Below, one piece after another: positions 27,571 to 36,531 of a stretch of DNA of 64,000 nt. Within the stretch, counting starts at the first letter, position 1. Each line of letters opens with the position of its first letter. The notes under the pieces are model-generated. The model saw only the letters and a list, made by a program, of their open reading frames with translations, ran no database searches and was not told the origin of the DNA. The DNA comes from an uncultured Pseudomonadales bacterium (GTDB lineage: Bacteria; Patescibacteriota; Microgenomatia; UBA1400; PJMF01): assembly GCA_964633875.1 (NCBI GenBank), contig CAZWKL010000002.1, positions 23,338-87,337 of the forward strand. The letters run 5' to 3'. The position numbers were made by a program, and so were the translations under genes.

Positions 27571-29325
27571 ATGCCCGGAAAAAATAACTTAGAATTGGAA
27601 AAATTGGAAAATTTGCGCCATTCGGCTGCCCATTTGCTAGCCGCCGCCGTATTGGAGTTGCGCCCAGACACCAAACTCACCATTGGCCCTGCCACCGATG
27701 ATGGTTTTTACTACGATTTTGATTTTGCTGAGCCTTTTTCTGAGAGCGAGCTGCCTGCTGTTGAGGCTAAAATGCGTGAGCTGGTCGGTGGCTGGCACGA
27801 TTTTAAGCGGCAAGAAGTTTCTACCGAGGAGGCTTTGGCCCAGTTTGCCGGCAACCCCTACAAGGCAGAGTTGATTGCAGAGTTGGCTGAAGAAGGCCAG
27901 CAAATTTCTTTGTACCGTTCCGGTGATTTTACCGACCTCTGCCGCGGTGGCCACATCGACAACCCCGCCGAGCAGCTTCAGCATTTTGCTTTACTTGCCG
28001 TAGCCGGCGCTTACTGGCGCGGCAGTGAAAAAAATCCCATGCTCACCCGCATTTACGGCACGGCCTTTTTCAGCCAGGAGGAGTTGGCTGCTCACTTGGC
28101 CATGATCGAAGAAGCCAAGAAGCGGGACCACAAAAAACTTGGCAGAGAACTCGATCTATTTACATTTTCCGAAAAAGTTGGTTCGGGTTTGCCTTTATGG
28201 ACGCCTCGAGGCACTTTGCTGCGTGAGATTCTCAACGATTTTGTTTGGGAATTGCGCAGACAAAAAGGCTACGAAAAAGTAGAAATTCCCCATATCACCA
28301 AGAAAGATTTGTACGAAACCAGCGGCCATTGGGACAAGTTTACCAATGAATTGTTTCGCATTACCACCCGCGAAGGACATGAGTTTGCCATGAAACCCAT
28401 GAACTGTCCGCATCACACGCAAATTTTTGACAGAAAAATGCATAGCTACCGCGAAATGCCGCAGCGCTACGCCAACACCACTATGGTTTACCGTGATGAA
28501 CAATCGGGAGAACTGAATGGCCTTGCTCGGGTCCGCTGCATTACTCAAGACGATGCTCATGTTTTTTGTCGCCAATCACAGGTTAAAGAAGAAATGCTGA
28601 AAATTTGGGAGATTGTCGAAAAGTTTTATTCAGCGGTTGGCTTTGAAGTTGAACTCCGCCTCTCACTTTCTGATCCTGAGCAGCCGGAAAAATACCTGGG
28701 CTCAAGAGATTTGTGGGAAAAATCTGAAAATGAACTCAGGGCAATGGTGGCGGAACAAGGAGCTAGCGCAATTGAGCAGTTGGGTGAGGCCGCTTTTTAC
28801 GGACCCAAGCTTGATTTTATGGCTCATGATTCATTGGGTCGCGAGTGGCAAGTTGCCACTATTCAGCTTGATATGAATATGCCCGAAAGCTTTGATCTAA
28901 ATTGTATTAATGAGGACGGAGAAAAAGAGCGGATTGTGATGATCCACGCTGCCATTATGGGTTCAATTGAGCGCTTTCTTTCTATCATTATTGAACACTA
29001 TGCCGGCCGTTTTCCACTTTGGCTCTCTCCGGTGCAGGCAAAAATTCTGCCGGTTTCAGACAAGTTCAATGATTATGGCCAAAAAGTTCTGGCGGCATTG
29101 AAAGAAGCGGATGTGCGGGCGGAACTGGATGACCGCTCTGAACGACTGGGCGCCAAAATTCGCCAGGGAGAAATGGAAAAAGTGCCTTACTTGCTGGTAG
29201 TAGGTGGTCAAGAAGAGGAGGCCGGTACCGTGACCGTGCGCCGGTGCGGTGAAGATCAACAAGAAGCACTCGAACTCAAAGAATTTGTGAGGAAAATAGT
29301 AAACGAAGTTGCAGAACGTCGTTAA
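27571..29325 (+). CDS. thrS: Threonine--tRNA ligase (short form lacking TGS domain)
   Basis: RHSAAHLL, DLCRGGH, GAYWRG, KPMNCP, YRDEQSGEL, AFYGPK, HAAIMGSIERF; SD aagga. Confidence 0.98.
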   Translation: MPGKNNLELEKLENLRHSAAHLLAAAVLELRPDTKLTIGPATDDGFYYDFDFAEPFSESELPAVEAKMRELVGGWHDFKRQEVSTEEALAQFAGNPYKAELIAELAEEGQQISLYRSGDFTDLCRGGHIDNPAEQLQHFALLAVAGAYWRGSEKNPMLTRIYGTAFFSQEELAAHLAMIEEAKKRDHKKLGRELDLFTFSEKVGSGLPLWTPRGTLLREILNDFVWELRRQKGYEKVEIPHITKKDLYETSGHWDKFTNELFRITTREGHEFAMKPMNCPHHTQIFDRKMHSYREMPQRYANTTMVYRDEQSGELNGLARVRCITQDDAHVFCRQSQVKEEMLKIWEIVEKFYSAVGFEVELRLSLSDPEQPEKYLGSRDLWEKSENELRAMVAEQGASAIEQLGEAAFYGPKLDFMAHDSLGREWQVATIQLDMNMPESFDLNCINEDGEKERIVMIHAAIMGSIERFLSIIIEHYAGRFPLWLSPVQAKILPVSDKFNDYGQKVLAALKEADVRAELDDRSERLGAKIRQGEMEKVPYLLVVGGQEEEAGTVTVRRCGEDQQEALELKEFVRKIVNEVAERR

Positions 29326-29711
29326 TCGCTTGCACTGATTAAATCTACCTGCTTGTATTTCAATATTTTGTGGTCATTGGTAATCAACTGCAGTTTTTCT
29401 GTTTGGGCTTGGCAAATGAGTAATCTATCAAAGGGATCACGATGAATGTTGGGTAAATTTTGTAGTGCCAGAGTGTGATTTAACTTGATGTTTAATATTT
29501 CGAATGCATCAGAAAATAAATCTCTTGGATTTACATCTAACTTGAATTGTTGATGAGAGTTTAACTTGATGCAAATTTCCCAGGCAGAGACGACGCTGAC
29601 AATAACTAAATTTTCGGGATTTTGAATAATACTTCGAATAGAAGTGCTAAGACGCTTATCGTCTGTATGCCACCAGAGAAAGACCTGAGTATCAAGCAAG
29701 TATTTTTTCAT
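29322..29711 (-). CDS. VapC PIN-domain toxin
   Basis: YLLDTQVFLW, SAWEI, HRDPFDRLLICQA, ITND. Confidence 0.92.
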   Translation of the reverse strand: MKKYLLDTQVFLWWHTDDKRLSTSIRSIIQNPENLVIVSVVSAWEICIKLNSHQQFKLDVNPRDLFSDAFEILNIKLNHTLALQNLPNIHRDPFDRLLICQAQTEKLQLITNDHKILKYKQVDLISASD

Positions 29712-29953
29712 TCTAAATCCGCTAAATCTCCATAAAAGAGCTTGAGAATCTCAGGGGATAGTTCGTTGAAGTTATCTGGAATATTGATTTTGCCTTTGAA
29801 CTGACCGGGTTTTCGCGACTCGGCAAATTTATAAGGAACTAATTTGACAACTGGTTTTCCGGACTTAGCAATAATAACTTCCTCTCCATCTAGTGCCTCG
29901 TTGACTAATTTAGAAAGTTGAGTTTTTGCCTGGTGCATATTAATTATTTTCAT
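29708..29953 (-). CDS. Phd/YefM antitoxin
   Basis: INMHQAKTQLSKLV...GEEVIIAKSGKPVVKLVP; inverted repeat aagttag...ctaactt (29966-29988) upstream. Confidence 0.92.
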   Translation of the reverse strand: MKIINMHQAKTQLSKLVNEALDGEEVIIAKSGKPVVKLVPYKFAESRKPGQFKGKINIPDNFNELSPEILKLFYGDLADLE

Positions 29954-30078
29954 ATTGCTGTCTCCAAGTTAGCTAACTGGACTAACTTAGAGTATAGCAA
30001 CAGCTGGTATTAAAGTAAATATACCCACTGTTTCTTGCATCAAGCGTAGAAAAACCCCACTTTACTAATGGAGTTTAT

Positions 30079-30774
30079 CTAAATCTCCACCCGTACGCCG
30101 GGGCTCATGGAAGCCGATAAAGTCAGTTTCACCAGTTTTGGACCAACCGCACTGATTAAGGCCTCGATATTTTCCGCCAATTTATCCGTGTCCATGGAAA
30201 CTTTACCAACAGACACATGCAGAACCGGCTCTTTTTTGTTGGTTTTCAGCACCGTAGTGCCGGCTTCGAGCTCTTTTTTCTTGGCTTTGGGGTTGGGGGT
30301 GAGAGTGCCGCTTTTAGGATTGGGCATCAGGCCTTTGGGACCCAAGACTTTACCGAACTTAGCCAATTTAGGCATATACTGCGGCTCGGCGATCAGCACG
30401 TCAATGCCTGCCACCTCGCCCGCTTCGATTTGAGCCAGGACTTTGTCATCAACAATCACTGCCTTCACTGACTTGCCGGTGCTGTGGGGCAGCGTGACTG
30501 AGCCAACTTGACCAACCTCCCGCACCACCAGAGCGGCAGTAACAGTGCCGTCAAACTTGGAGTAGGAAAGATCCTTCACCAACTCCACGGCATTGACCAC
30601 CTTATATTTTTTGGTTTTGTCCAGTTTAGCGCGATGAGCGCGGTATTTTTTGCTGCGGGATCTTTGCGGCGCGGGTTTCTTGCTGGTTTTTTCAGCTTCA
30701 GCCGGCGTTTCCGCTTCGACAATCTTGACTTCGTCCGTAGTAGCGGACATATCAACGTTTTTTTTGGCTCCCAT
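30079..30774 (-). CDS. rplA: 50S ribosomal protein L1
   Basis: SKFDGTV, LPHSTGK, GKVLGPKGLMPNPKSGT, SMSPG. Confidence 0.95.
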   Translation of the reverse strand: MGAKKNVDMSATTDEVKIVEAETPAEAEKTSKKPAPQRSRSKKYRAHRAKLDKTKKYKVVNAVELVKDLSYSKFDGTVTAALVVREVGQVGSVTLPHSTGKSVKAVIVDDKVLAQIEAGEVAGIDVLIAEPQYMPKLAKFGKVLGPKGLMPNPKSGTLTPNPKAKKKELEAGTTVLKTNKKEPVLHVSVGKVSMDTDKLAENIEALISAVGPKLVKLTLSASMSPGVRVEI

Positions 30775-30846
30775 ATAATCTCCTTTTTCCTGGTTGGGCG
30801 ATTTTTAGGGCTCGCACCAGGATAAGTACTAACGATACTTAATAGT

Positions 30847-31272
30847 TTATAACTCCACTTGCACACCCATGCTGCGGGCAGTACCGGCTACGGTTTTGAT
30901 GGCCGCATCCAGGTTTTCGGTATTCAAATCCGGCAATTTTTTCTCAGCAATGGCGCGGATTTGATCTTGAGACAAAGTGCCAACATGATCACGTCCGGGC
31001 TTTTCACTGCCTGATTTAAGTTTCAAAGCCTGCTGAATCATGGCCGAAACCGGCGGCAGTTTCAGCTCAAAAGTGAAAGATTTGTCTTTGTAAACGGTAA
31101 TTTCCGCGGGAATAGTTTCGCCGCGCCGGTCGGCGGTGGCGTCATTATACTGCTTGATAAAGTCCATCATGTTGATACCGGCCTGGCCGAGAATCGGTCC
31201 AACCGGAGGAGCCGGAGTAGCGGTACCGGCCGGTAGGTTGAGCTTGAGGACTTGGTCTACTTTTTTTGCCAT
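30847..31272 (-). CDS. rplK: 50S ribosomal protein L11
   Basis: ATPAPPVGPILG, GTARSMG. Confidence 0.98.
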   Translation of the reverse strand: MAKKVDQVLKLNLPAGTATPAPPVGPILGQAGINMMDFIKQYNDATADRRGETIPAEITVYKDKSFTFELKLPPVSAMIQQALKLKSGSEKPGRDHVGTLSQDQIRAIAEKKLPDLNTENLDAAIKTVAGTARSMGVQVEL

Positions 31273-31323
31273 AATAAACTCTTTCTGAATCAACGATTAT
31301 AACACATCTCGGTTTGTAATAAT

Positions 31324-31947
31324 TTAAACTTTTTTGACTTGCAGGAAGTCGAGTGTCACCGGAGTTTCCCGGCCGAAAATATTCACCAGCACTTCCACCT
31401 GGCCTTTTTCTTCGTCAATGCCATTGACAGTGCCGAGGAAGTCATTGAACGGCCCATCGGTGATGCGCACCGCTTCGCCCTCGACGTAATCAGCCTTGTA
31501 TTGTGGCGCGGCTTGAGTCATGTACTTCTTGATGGCTTCCACCTCGTGTTTGGGCAGAGCGGTGGGTTTGTTGCCAACGCCGACAAAGCCGGTCACGCCT
31601 TGAGTAGTGCGGACAGCCAGCCAAGAATCATCGGTCAATTCCATTTGTACCAGCATGTAGCCGGGGAAAATTTTCTCACTCACAGTTTTGCGCTGACCGC
31701 GCTTAATCTGAATTTTTTCTTGAGTCGGGATGAGCACAGCCAGAATTTTGCCGGTGAGATTGAGCGTTTCGGCGCGCTGTTTCAAAGTTTCTGCTACTTT
31801 GTTTTCGTGGCCGGAATAGGTATGAACCACATACCAGCGGGCTTTGCGATTTTCCGCTTCCGAAATACGAATAATATTAGGTGAATCAACTTTGACTTCC
31901 TGAATTTCAGGAGGTGTGAGCTGTTGGTTGTCGTTATTGTCTGCCAT
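31324..31947 (-). CDS. nusG: Transcription factor NusG
   Basis: WYVVHTYSGHE, FPGY, GVTGFVG, DGPF, IFGRETPV. Confidence 0.97.
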   Translation of the reverse strand: MADNNDNQQLTPPEIQEVKVDSPNIIRISEAENRKARWYVVHTYSGHENKVAETLKQRAETLNLTGKILAVLIPTQEKIQIKRGQRKTVSEKIFPGYMLVQMELTDDSWLAVRTTQGVTGFVGVGNKPTALPKHEVEAIKKYMTQAAPQYKADYVEGEAVRITDGPFNDFLGTVNGIDEEKGQVEVLVNIFGRETPVTLDFLQVKKV

Positions 31948-31964
31948 AATTGCTGCCATTCTTT

Positions 31965-32153
31965 CTACAGATTTGTCACTACAAAAGACATCAGTTCTTG
32001 GAAAAAATAGTCCAAGGCACCAATGTAAGCGCCGATAATAATAGTCACCCCGATCACCAGAATTGTCATCTCAATGGTTTGACTTTTATCAGGCCAGGAG
32101 ACTTTTTGCATCTCCCTGCCAACTTGTCGCAAGTAGGTAGTGGGGTTGACCAT
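31965..32153 (-). CDS. secE: Preprotein translocase SecE
   Basis: EMQKVSWP plus a single TM; upstream of nusG. Confidence 0.93.
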   Translation of the reverse strand: MVNPTTYLRQVGREMQKVSWPDKSQTIEMTILVIGVTIIIGAYIGALDYFFQELMSFVVTNL

Positions 32154-32323
32154 AGGCAAAGTATTGTAGCAAAGAATGGTCAATTATGAAATACCTAGGC
32201 CATTGACTGGCTTTAGAAAATATGAAATTGTATGAAGAGTGAGAATTCGTGGTTTAAGATGCGGCCATCATAACCAAATTCTTACAAATCAAGCGGTCTA
32301 TTTTGTTATAATTTAGGTACAAA

Positions 32324-32495
32324 AGAAGCACTTTAACAACCGCGTGTGAGAGGCACAGGAATTTTCCTGAACACCTTACATAAGGGCTGATGGATCGTCG
32401 CTTGGCGCTGTGGCGCTGGGCGCATCCTGCCCACCTGCAAATTGCGGGAACATGGTGTCTCTCACACCCGGCGGTTAAAGGCGTTTTGGGCTTCT
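32324..32495 (+). ncRNA. ssrS: 6S RNA
   Basis: Closing stem (ctttaac/gttaaag, gtgtgagaggcac/gtgtctctcacac), central bubble with GAACA, apical stem and CCCACCTGC-N5-GCGGG hairpin as recalled from Bacillus 6S-1; TG-t-TATAAT at 32304-32312; G-U pairs favour the plus strand. Confidence 0.8.
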
Positions 32496-32524
32496 GATCT
32501 AGTCCTATATGGTAAAATATATTC

Positions 32525-32923
32525 ATGATTGAAGAGAAAATAGGGGAAGATTTAGCAAAGATTGCTGATCTTTTTGAAAATTTGCTAAAGCCCGCTGTGG
32601 ATTTAAGGAATAGTATTGCTCCGGAAATGGAGTATGTTGCTTCCGGAGTTATGTTATATTTTGTTCTTTCCATAATGCTAAAACATGGTATTTTTTCTGA
32701 AAACATGTCCGGTGCCGGGTTGGTAGTGACCAAGCAAATGGCGGATGCTTTGAGTCAATTTATTGACACAAAGACTAGTGTAAGTTCAGAAGCAGTCTAT
32801 GGAGCAGTAGCAGGAACTTATGCTTTGTTCGTGATTGATGGCGCGCGGCGGATAACAAAAGAAAGGCTGCCGCAGATTTTGGCTTGGTTTCGAGTATTTG
32901 TTCTGCACAATTCCTCTGAATAA
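32525..32923 (+). CDS. Hypothetical membrane protein
   Basis: 132 aa with two hydrophobic segments; TAAAAT 6 nt before the ATG. Confidence 0.55.
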   Translation: MIEEKIGEDLAKIADLFENLLKPAVDLRNSIAPEMEYVASGVMLYFVLSIMLKHGIFSENMSGAGLVVTKQMADALSQFIDTKTSVSSEAVYGAVAGTYALFVIDGARRITKERLPQILAWFRVFVLHNSSE

Positions 32924-32984
32924 TGGTAAAATCTCACGCATGTGGGCGTTGCTGTGGTGCAGCGCGTTCTTTAAATTAAAAATT

Positions 32985-33059
32985 GCCCAGATAGTTCAGT
33001 GGTAGAACGCCTTCTTGGTAAGAAGGAGGTCGAGGGTCCGATTCCCTCTCTGGGCTCCA
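32985..33059 (+). tRNA. tRNA-Thr(GGT)
   Basis: gcccaga...tctgggc-t-cca; anticodon arm ccttc-ttGGTaa-gaagg. Confidence 0.95.
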
Positions 33060-33108
33060 GTATTAGTTCAGGAAAGATACTGTGTCTTGCCTCAGCAGTG
33101 GGGCAGAT

Positions 33109-33191
33109 GCCAGGTTACCCAAGCGGCCAACGGGGGCAGACTGTAAATCTGCTGGCTCACGCCTACGTAGGTTCGAATCCTACACCTGGCA
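33109..33191 (+). tRNA. tRNA-Tyr(GTA)
   Basis: gcaga-ctGTAaa-tctgc, long variable arm, ggttcgaatcc. Confidence 0.95.
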
Positions 33192-33231
33192 CTTTGATAA
33201 TAGTTTGATAATAGAACGATTCTTTTCTAAG

Positions 33232-33385
33232 TTAATCAGCGTAAATATCTTCTCGAGTTAAAGTATCAAGAGGAGAACCGATATCTTTAGACTGAAAAAT
33301 TATTTTCTTTTTATTCTTTTTAGTTTTTCCGACTATATACCTTTTTTGGTTTTTTGGTGTTTGTGGTAGCTTTGGTTAATTTCAT
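33232..33385 (-). pseudogene. Possible frameshifted small basic protein (antitoxin-like remnant)
   Basis: ATG AAA TTA followed by one extra base; the shifted frame reads PKLPQTPKN...IIFQSKDIGSPLDTLTREDIYAD*. Confidence 0.3.
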
Positions 33386-33543
33386 AAAACATATTATGAC
33401 ATAAATATATGGCAGGATTGATTCCTGTAGTTTATAATGCACGCACCTTGCATATAATGGAGAAGATGGTAATAAAATAGCGGAATGAAGTTTTTGATTT
33501 TGGGATTACTGAGGCCGCCGCCTCAAAAAACCAATCAGCGCGA

Positions 33544-33666
33544 AGAAAGACAATTTTTCCGAGTGAGCTTGATCCGCCGTCGGGAAAACTGGGAAATAAA
33601 CCCATTTTTTATAGGCGGATCATGCAGGCCGGTGTTGCTGGCCGGCACTCAGAAAAATTGTTTTCT
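33544..33666 (+). ncRNA. Unidentified structured RNA (3-way junction) ending 4 nt before tRNA-Thr
   Basis: Outer stem agaaagacaatttttccgagtg/cactcagaaaaattgttttct; inner tgatccgcc/ggcggatca and ggccggt/gctggcc. Confidence 0.5.
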
Positions 33667-33670
33667 GAAC

Positions 33671-33744
33671 GCCATCTTAGCTCAGTTGGTTAGAGCGACG
33701 GTTTTGTAAACCGTAGGTCCGGGGTTCGAATCCCCGAGATGGCT
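33671..33744 (+). tRNA. tRNA-Thr(TGT)
   Basis: gccatct...agatggc; acggt-ttTGTaa-accgt; ggttcgaatcc. Confidence 0.95.
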
Positions 33745-33809
33745 CAAGAGAGCAGCTTGTGTTACAATACTTCCTCTTGAGTTTACGAAAGCAAAATAAT
33801 AAGGAAAAT

Positions 33810-34013
33810 ATGGCAAAAGCAAAAAAAGGACCAAGACAAATCGCCGGTTTAAAGTGTGATGCTTGTGGCTCGTTCAACTACTTGACCGAATACAACAAAA
33901 ATAACGAAACCTTGATGAAACAGACCAAGAACGTGAGTACTTTTCCCCTCAAGAAATACTGTAACGTTTGCCGCGCTCATCAATCTCACGTGATGGCTAA
34001 AAAACTGAAGTAG
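33810..34013 (+). CDS. rpmG: 50S ribosomal protein L33 (Zn-ribbon type)
   Basis: LKCDACGSFNY...LKKYCNVCRAH; SD aagga. Confidence 0.92.
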   Translation: MAKAKKGPRQIAGLKCDACGSFNYLTEYNKNNETLMKQTKNVSTFPLKKYCNVCRAHQSHVMAKKLK

Positions 34014-34041
34014 ATTTTTTTAGCGAATTAGCGCGAAGCAA

Positions 34042-35367
34042 TCACATCTCTTTTCGCGCCAGCTTCACTACTTTGACAATTTCTTTGGCGCCATTCAAGA
34101 AAAGCGGATCAAGTTTGTGCGCGTTGAGCATGGCTTGCTCGATCCAGGACTGAGATTTCCCCTGAGAAGAGCGGAGAACTGCCAGCTGAGAAACAATGTG
34201 GGCCACGTCCGCCTGCCTGGAAATTGCTTTTTGCTCAAAAATAACCCTGATTCGCTCTTCCCATTCGCCCCATTCAGCCAGTGACAGGATAAAGCTGCCG
34301 GAGGCGGCCGCGTCGTAGGCCATGTCGCCGGAAGGTTTGGAAAGGAAGCCGTGCGCCCAAGGAAAGCCGTACTTGATGAGCATTTCGTTGGCGTCGACAA
34401 TTTGCGGATGGTAGAGAACCCGAAACCTAGCCTTTTTGTCCGCCAGTTTGCCGGGCGCTATTCTGGCTCTGCCGGCAAGAAAAACCGCTTCTTCATAAAT
34501 ATCCCGATGGGTGCCGGCGTAGACCAACAGCCGGAGTTGTGGGTCGCGCTTTCTTAATTCCGGCAGCAGTTGCTCGAGGAGGTTGAGGATTTCTTGCTTG
34601 TTGGTGCCGAGGCCGCCGGTGGTGAGGGCGAGATTGAGCGGGCCGCTGCGCCACGGGTTTTTTTTGGTTTTGGCGGCGATGACACGCGGATCCACCGGCG
34701 GCCCAGTCACAATAATTCTGTCCGGCTCGGCTTCAATCCCTAACTTGGCTGCCTTTTCCAAAAATTCCGTCTTAGTATTTTCATCAAAAGTACAAAACCA
34801 AAGATTGCTTTTATCCGCGTTAGTCACATACTCTGTTCTCACATGCGGATCAGTAATCACTTGCACCACTTTTTTGCCTTGTTCAGCCAAAATATTACCG
34901 GCGGCAATATGAAAAGAGAGAATTGGCCGGTGAATATTTTCCGTTAAGTAAAGCAGCGGCGGCGTAATACTACTCAGAATTGGCAACTTTTGCCTGCCAA
35001 AATTATCAATAAAATCCTTGACGGTTTTCAAAATCGAGTAGCGGGCAATGGTTTTGCCAACCGCTTGGGTGAACTCAATCGAAAACCAATTCTTTTTAGA
35101 AACGTAATTGGTGGGTTCCACAATCCAGGCCCGATCCGGCCGCAGCCGGTCCCCCCAAATCTGAGTCGCCACCCCCAGCGCCATCGAGTAATGCGCCCGC
35201 GAAAACACCACGTCGGGAATGGTATCATCATCCGGCAAACCATGCATCCGCTTGAGGTCCTCCTTGTAAGTGGCCGAAACAGTCACAATCGGAATCTCGG
35301 TTTGCTCAAGCAGGCGCTTGTCTTCTCGATAAGTTTTGACTAAATGAGGGTCGAATAATTCAGGCAT
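34042..35367 (-). CDS. GT-B glycosyltransferase-like protein (MGDG synthase/UgtP-like)
   Basis: QVITDPH, IIVTGPPVDP, TTGGLG, YAGTH, LSKPSG, GEWE in GT28-like order. Confidence 0.55.
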   Translation of the reverse strand: MPELFDPHLVKTYREDKRLLEQTEIPIVTVSATYKEDLKRMHGLPDDDTIPDVVFSRAHYSMALGVATQIWGDRLRPDRAWIVEPTNYVSKKNWFSIEFTQAVGKTIARYSILKTVKDFIDNFGRQKLPILSSITPPLLYLTENIHRPILSFHIAAGNILAEQGKKVVQVITDPHVRTEYVTNADKSNLWFCTFDENTKTEFLEKAAKLGIEAEPDRIIVTGPPVDPRVIAAKTKKNPWRSGPLNLALTTGGLGTNKQEILNLLEQLLPELRKRDPQLRLLVYAGTHRDIYEEAVFLAGRARIAPGKLADKKARFRVLYHPQIVDANEMLIKYGFPWAHGFLSKPSGDMAYDAAASGSFILSLAEWGEWEERIRVIFEQKAISRQADVAHIVSQLAVLRSSQGKSQSWIEQAMLNAHKLDPLFLNGAKEIVKVVKLARKEM

Positions 35368-35434
35368 GCAGTTAGCATATCTAAGAAAGAATTTGCGGTC
35401 TAGTAGCAGCGGCGTGTTACAATATTACTCTTAA

Positions 35435-35505
35435 AGGGCCGTAGTTCAACGGTAGAATAGAGGTCTCCAAAACCTTTGATGGGGGTTCGATTCCCTCCGG
35501 CCCTG
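35435..35505 (+). tRNA. tRNA-Trp(CCA)
   Basis: agggccg...cggccct; gaggt-ctCCAaa-acctt; ggttcgattcc. Confidence 0.95.
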
Positions 35506-35522
35506 CAGAATCACTGTGCGCA

Positions 35523-36362
35523 TCACCGTCTTTCACTTTGTTTATTTCTGAGTATAAAAAGCAACACTCCAGTCAGTGTAGTAGTTAGTAAATAGAGAGC
35601 AGCCAGATTTTTAAATCTTACTTTGGCATTTTCAATTGCTTCCTGATCCAGAGTGACGGTGTTGACTTCGTCGCTGTGGCCCGAAAAAGCAACCTGGGCC
35701 CTGGCAATTACAGTGTTAATGTTGGCAGTTGTTTGCAGTGCATCCACCAAGCCTTGAACAGACGTCGCCTCAGCAGGAATTGTTGGAAGATTGTGGATCA
35801 AAGCTACCCCGGATCTTCCCACTCGGGTCCCAAGAAATTGGAGAGCGCCAGTGCCACTTTCTGGTACAACATTTCCACTTGATTCAACCTTAGCTCTCAG
35901 CAAGCTGCTGAGCGGATTGGTCAGGGCAGTAGTAGTGGCTGTTGCCAGCCAGAAGTTGTCGTTAGTCAGCGCGGCTCGGTACATTGCCAGCCAAGCACTA
36001 ATTGCCTCCTGGACGCGATCGGCAAGGGTGTCGATAAGTTGGCCGGTTTTTGCATCATGAGCTTCGGGATTATTAGCTTGTATATGCCTGGCCAGCATGC
36101 CATCCAGCGCATCAGTGCTATTGGCCAGGAGCATCGCTAACACCAACTTGTGGGAGGCTTTCCAGTCTAATTCGCCTTGTTTCTCAAGATAGCCGGTTAG
36201 CAGAGAAATTCCGGTTACAGCCAAAGTGCCGCTGGCAGTAAGATGATTTGGTCTAAGCCAGGGCAGTGTTTCAGACAGCCGGGCAACAAACGGTTCAAGT
36301 TTGGCAACATGTTCTCTGAGAGAAGAGTTTCGCGGAGTTGGCGAGCGTTCTGCTGTTGACAT
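35523..36362 (-). CDS. CDP-alcohol phosphatidyltransferase family protein
   Basis: RPNHLT and DALDGMLAR...GQLIDTLADR signature; SLLRAKVE. Confidence 0.85.
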   Translation of the reverse strand: MSTAERSPTPRNSSLREHVAKLEPFVARLSETLPWLRPNHLTASGTLAVTGISLLTGYLEKQGELDWKASHKLVLAMLLANSTDALDGMLARHIQANNPEAHDAKTGQLIDTLADRVQEAISAWLAMYRAALTNDNFWLATATTTALTNPLSSLLRAKVESSGNVVPESGTGALQFLGTRVGRSGVALIHNLPTIPAEATSVQGLVDALQTTANINTVIARAQVAFSGHSDEVNTVTLDQEAIENAKVRFKNLAALYLLTTTLTGVLLFILRNKQSERR

Positions 36363-36497
36363 AGTTGGAGTTTTAACTTTGAGTATTATAACCTACGGCT
36401 AAAAAGGAAAAACTACAGTTATTGCAAACATTGACGAGTATCTTAAGAACTTATGAGGTTAGTTTCTAGAGGTTATTTTGTTTAGCTTAATTTTGTA

Positions 36498-36525
36498 TTG
36501 ACAAAAGATGTACAAATGTTAGAAT
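36498..36525 (+). promoter_or_regulatory. TA promoter (leaderless) with inverted repeat
   Basis: TTGACA, 16 bp, TAGAAT with TG extension; tttgta/tacaaa inverted repeat; ATG 6 nt downstream. Confidence 0.7.
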
Positions 36526-36531
36526 TTTAAT

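Noticed and set aside
32254-32733. 159-aa minus-strand ORF
   Set aside because: Antisense to the 6S-like RNA and to the 32525 ORF; no protein features.
33485-33709. 74-aa ORF
   Set aside because: Runs into tRNA-Thr; the region is better explained as structured RNA.
35435-35505. Alternative genetic code (TGA recoded)
   Set aside because: TGA ends genes in ATGA overlaps and core genes are intact under code 11.
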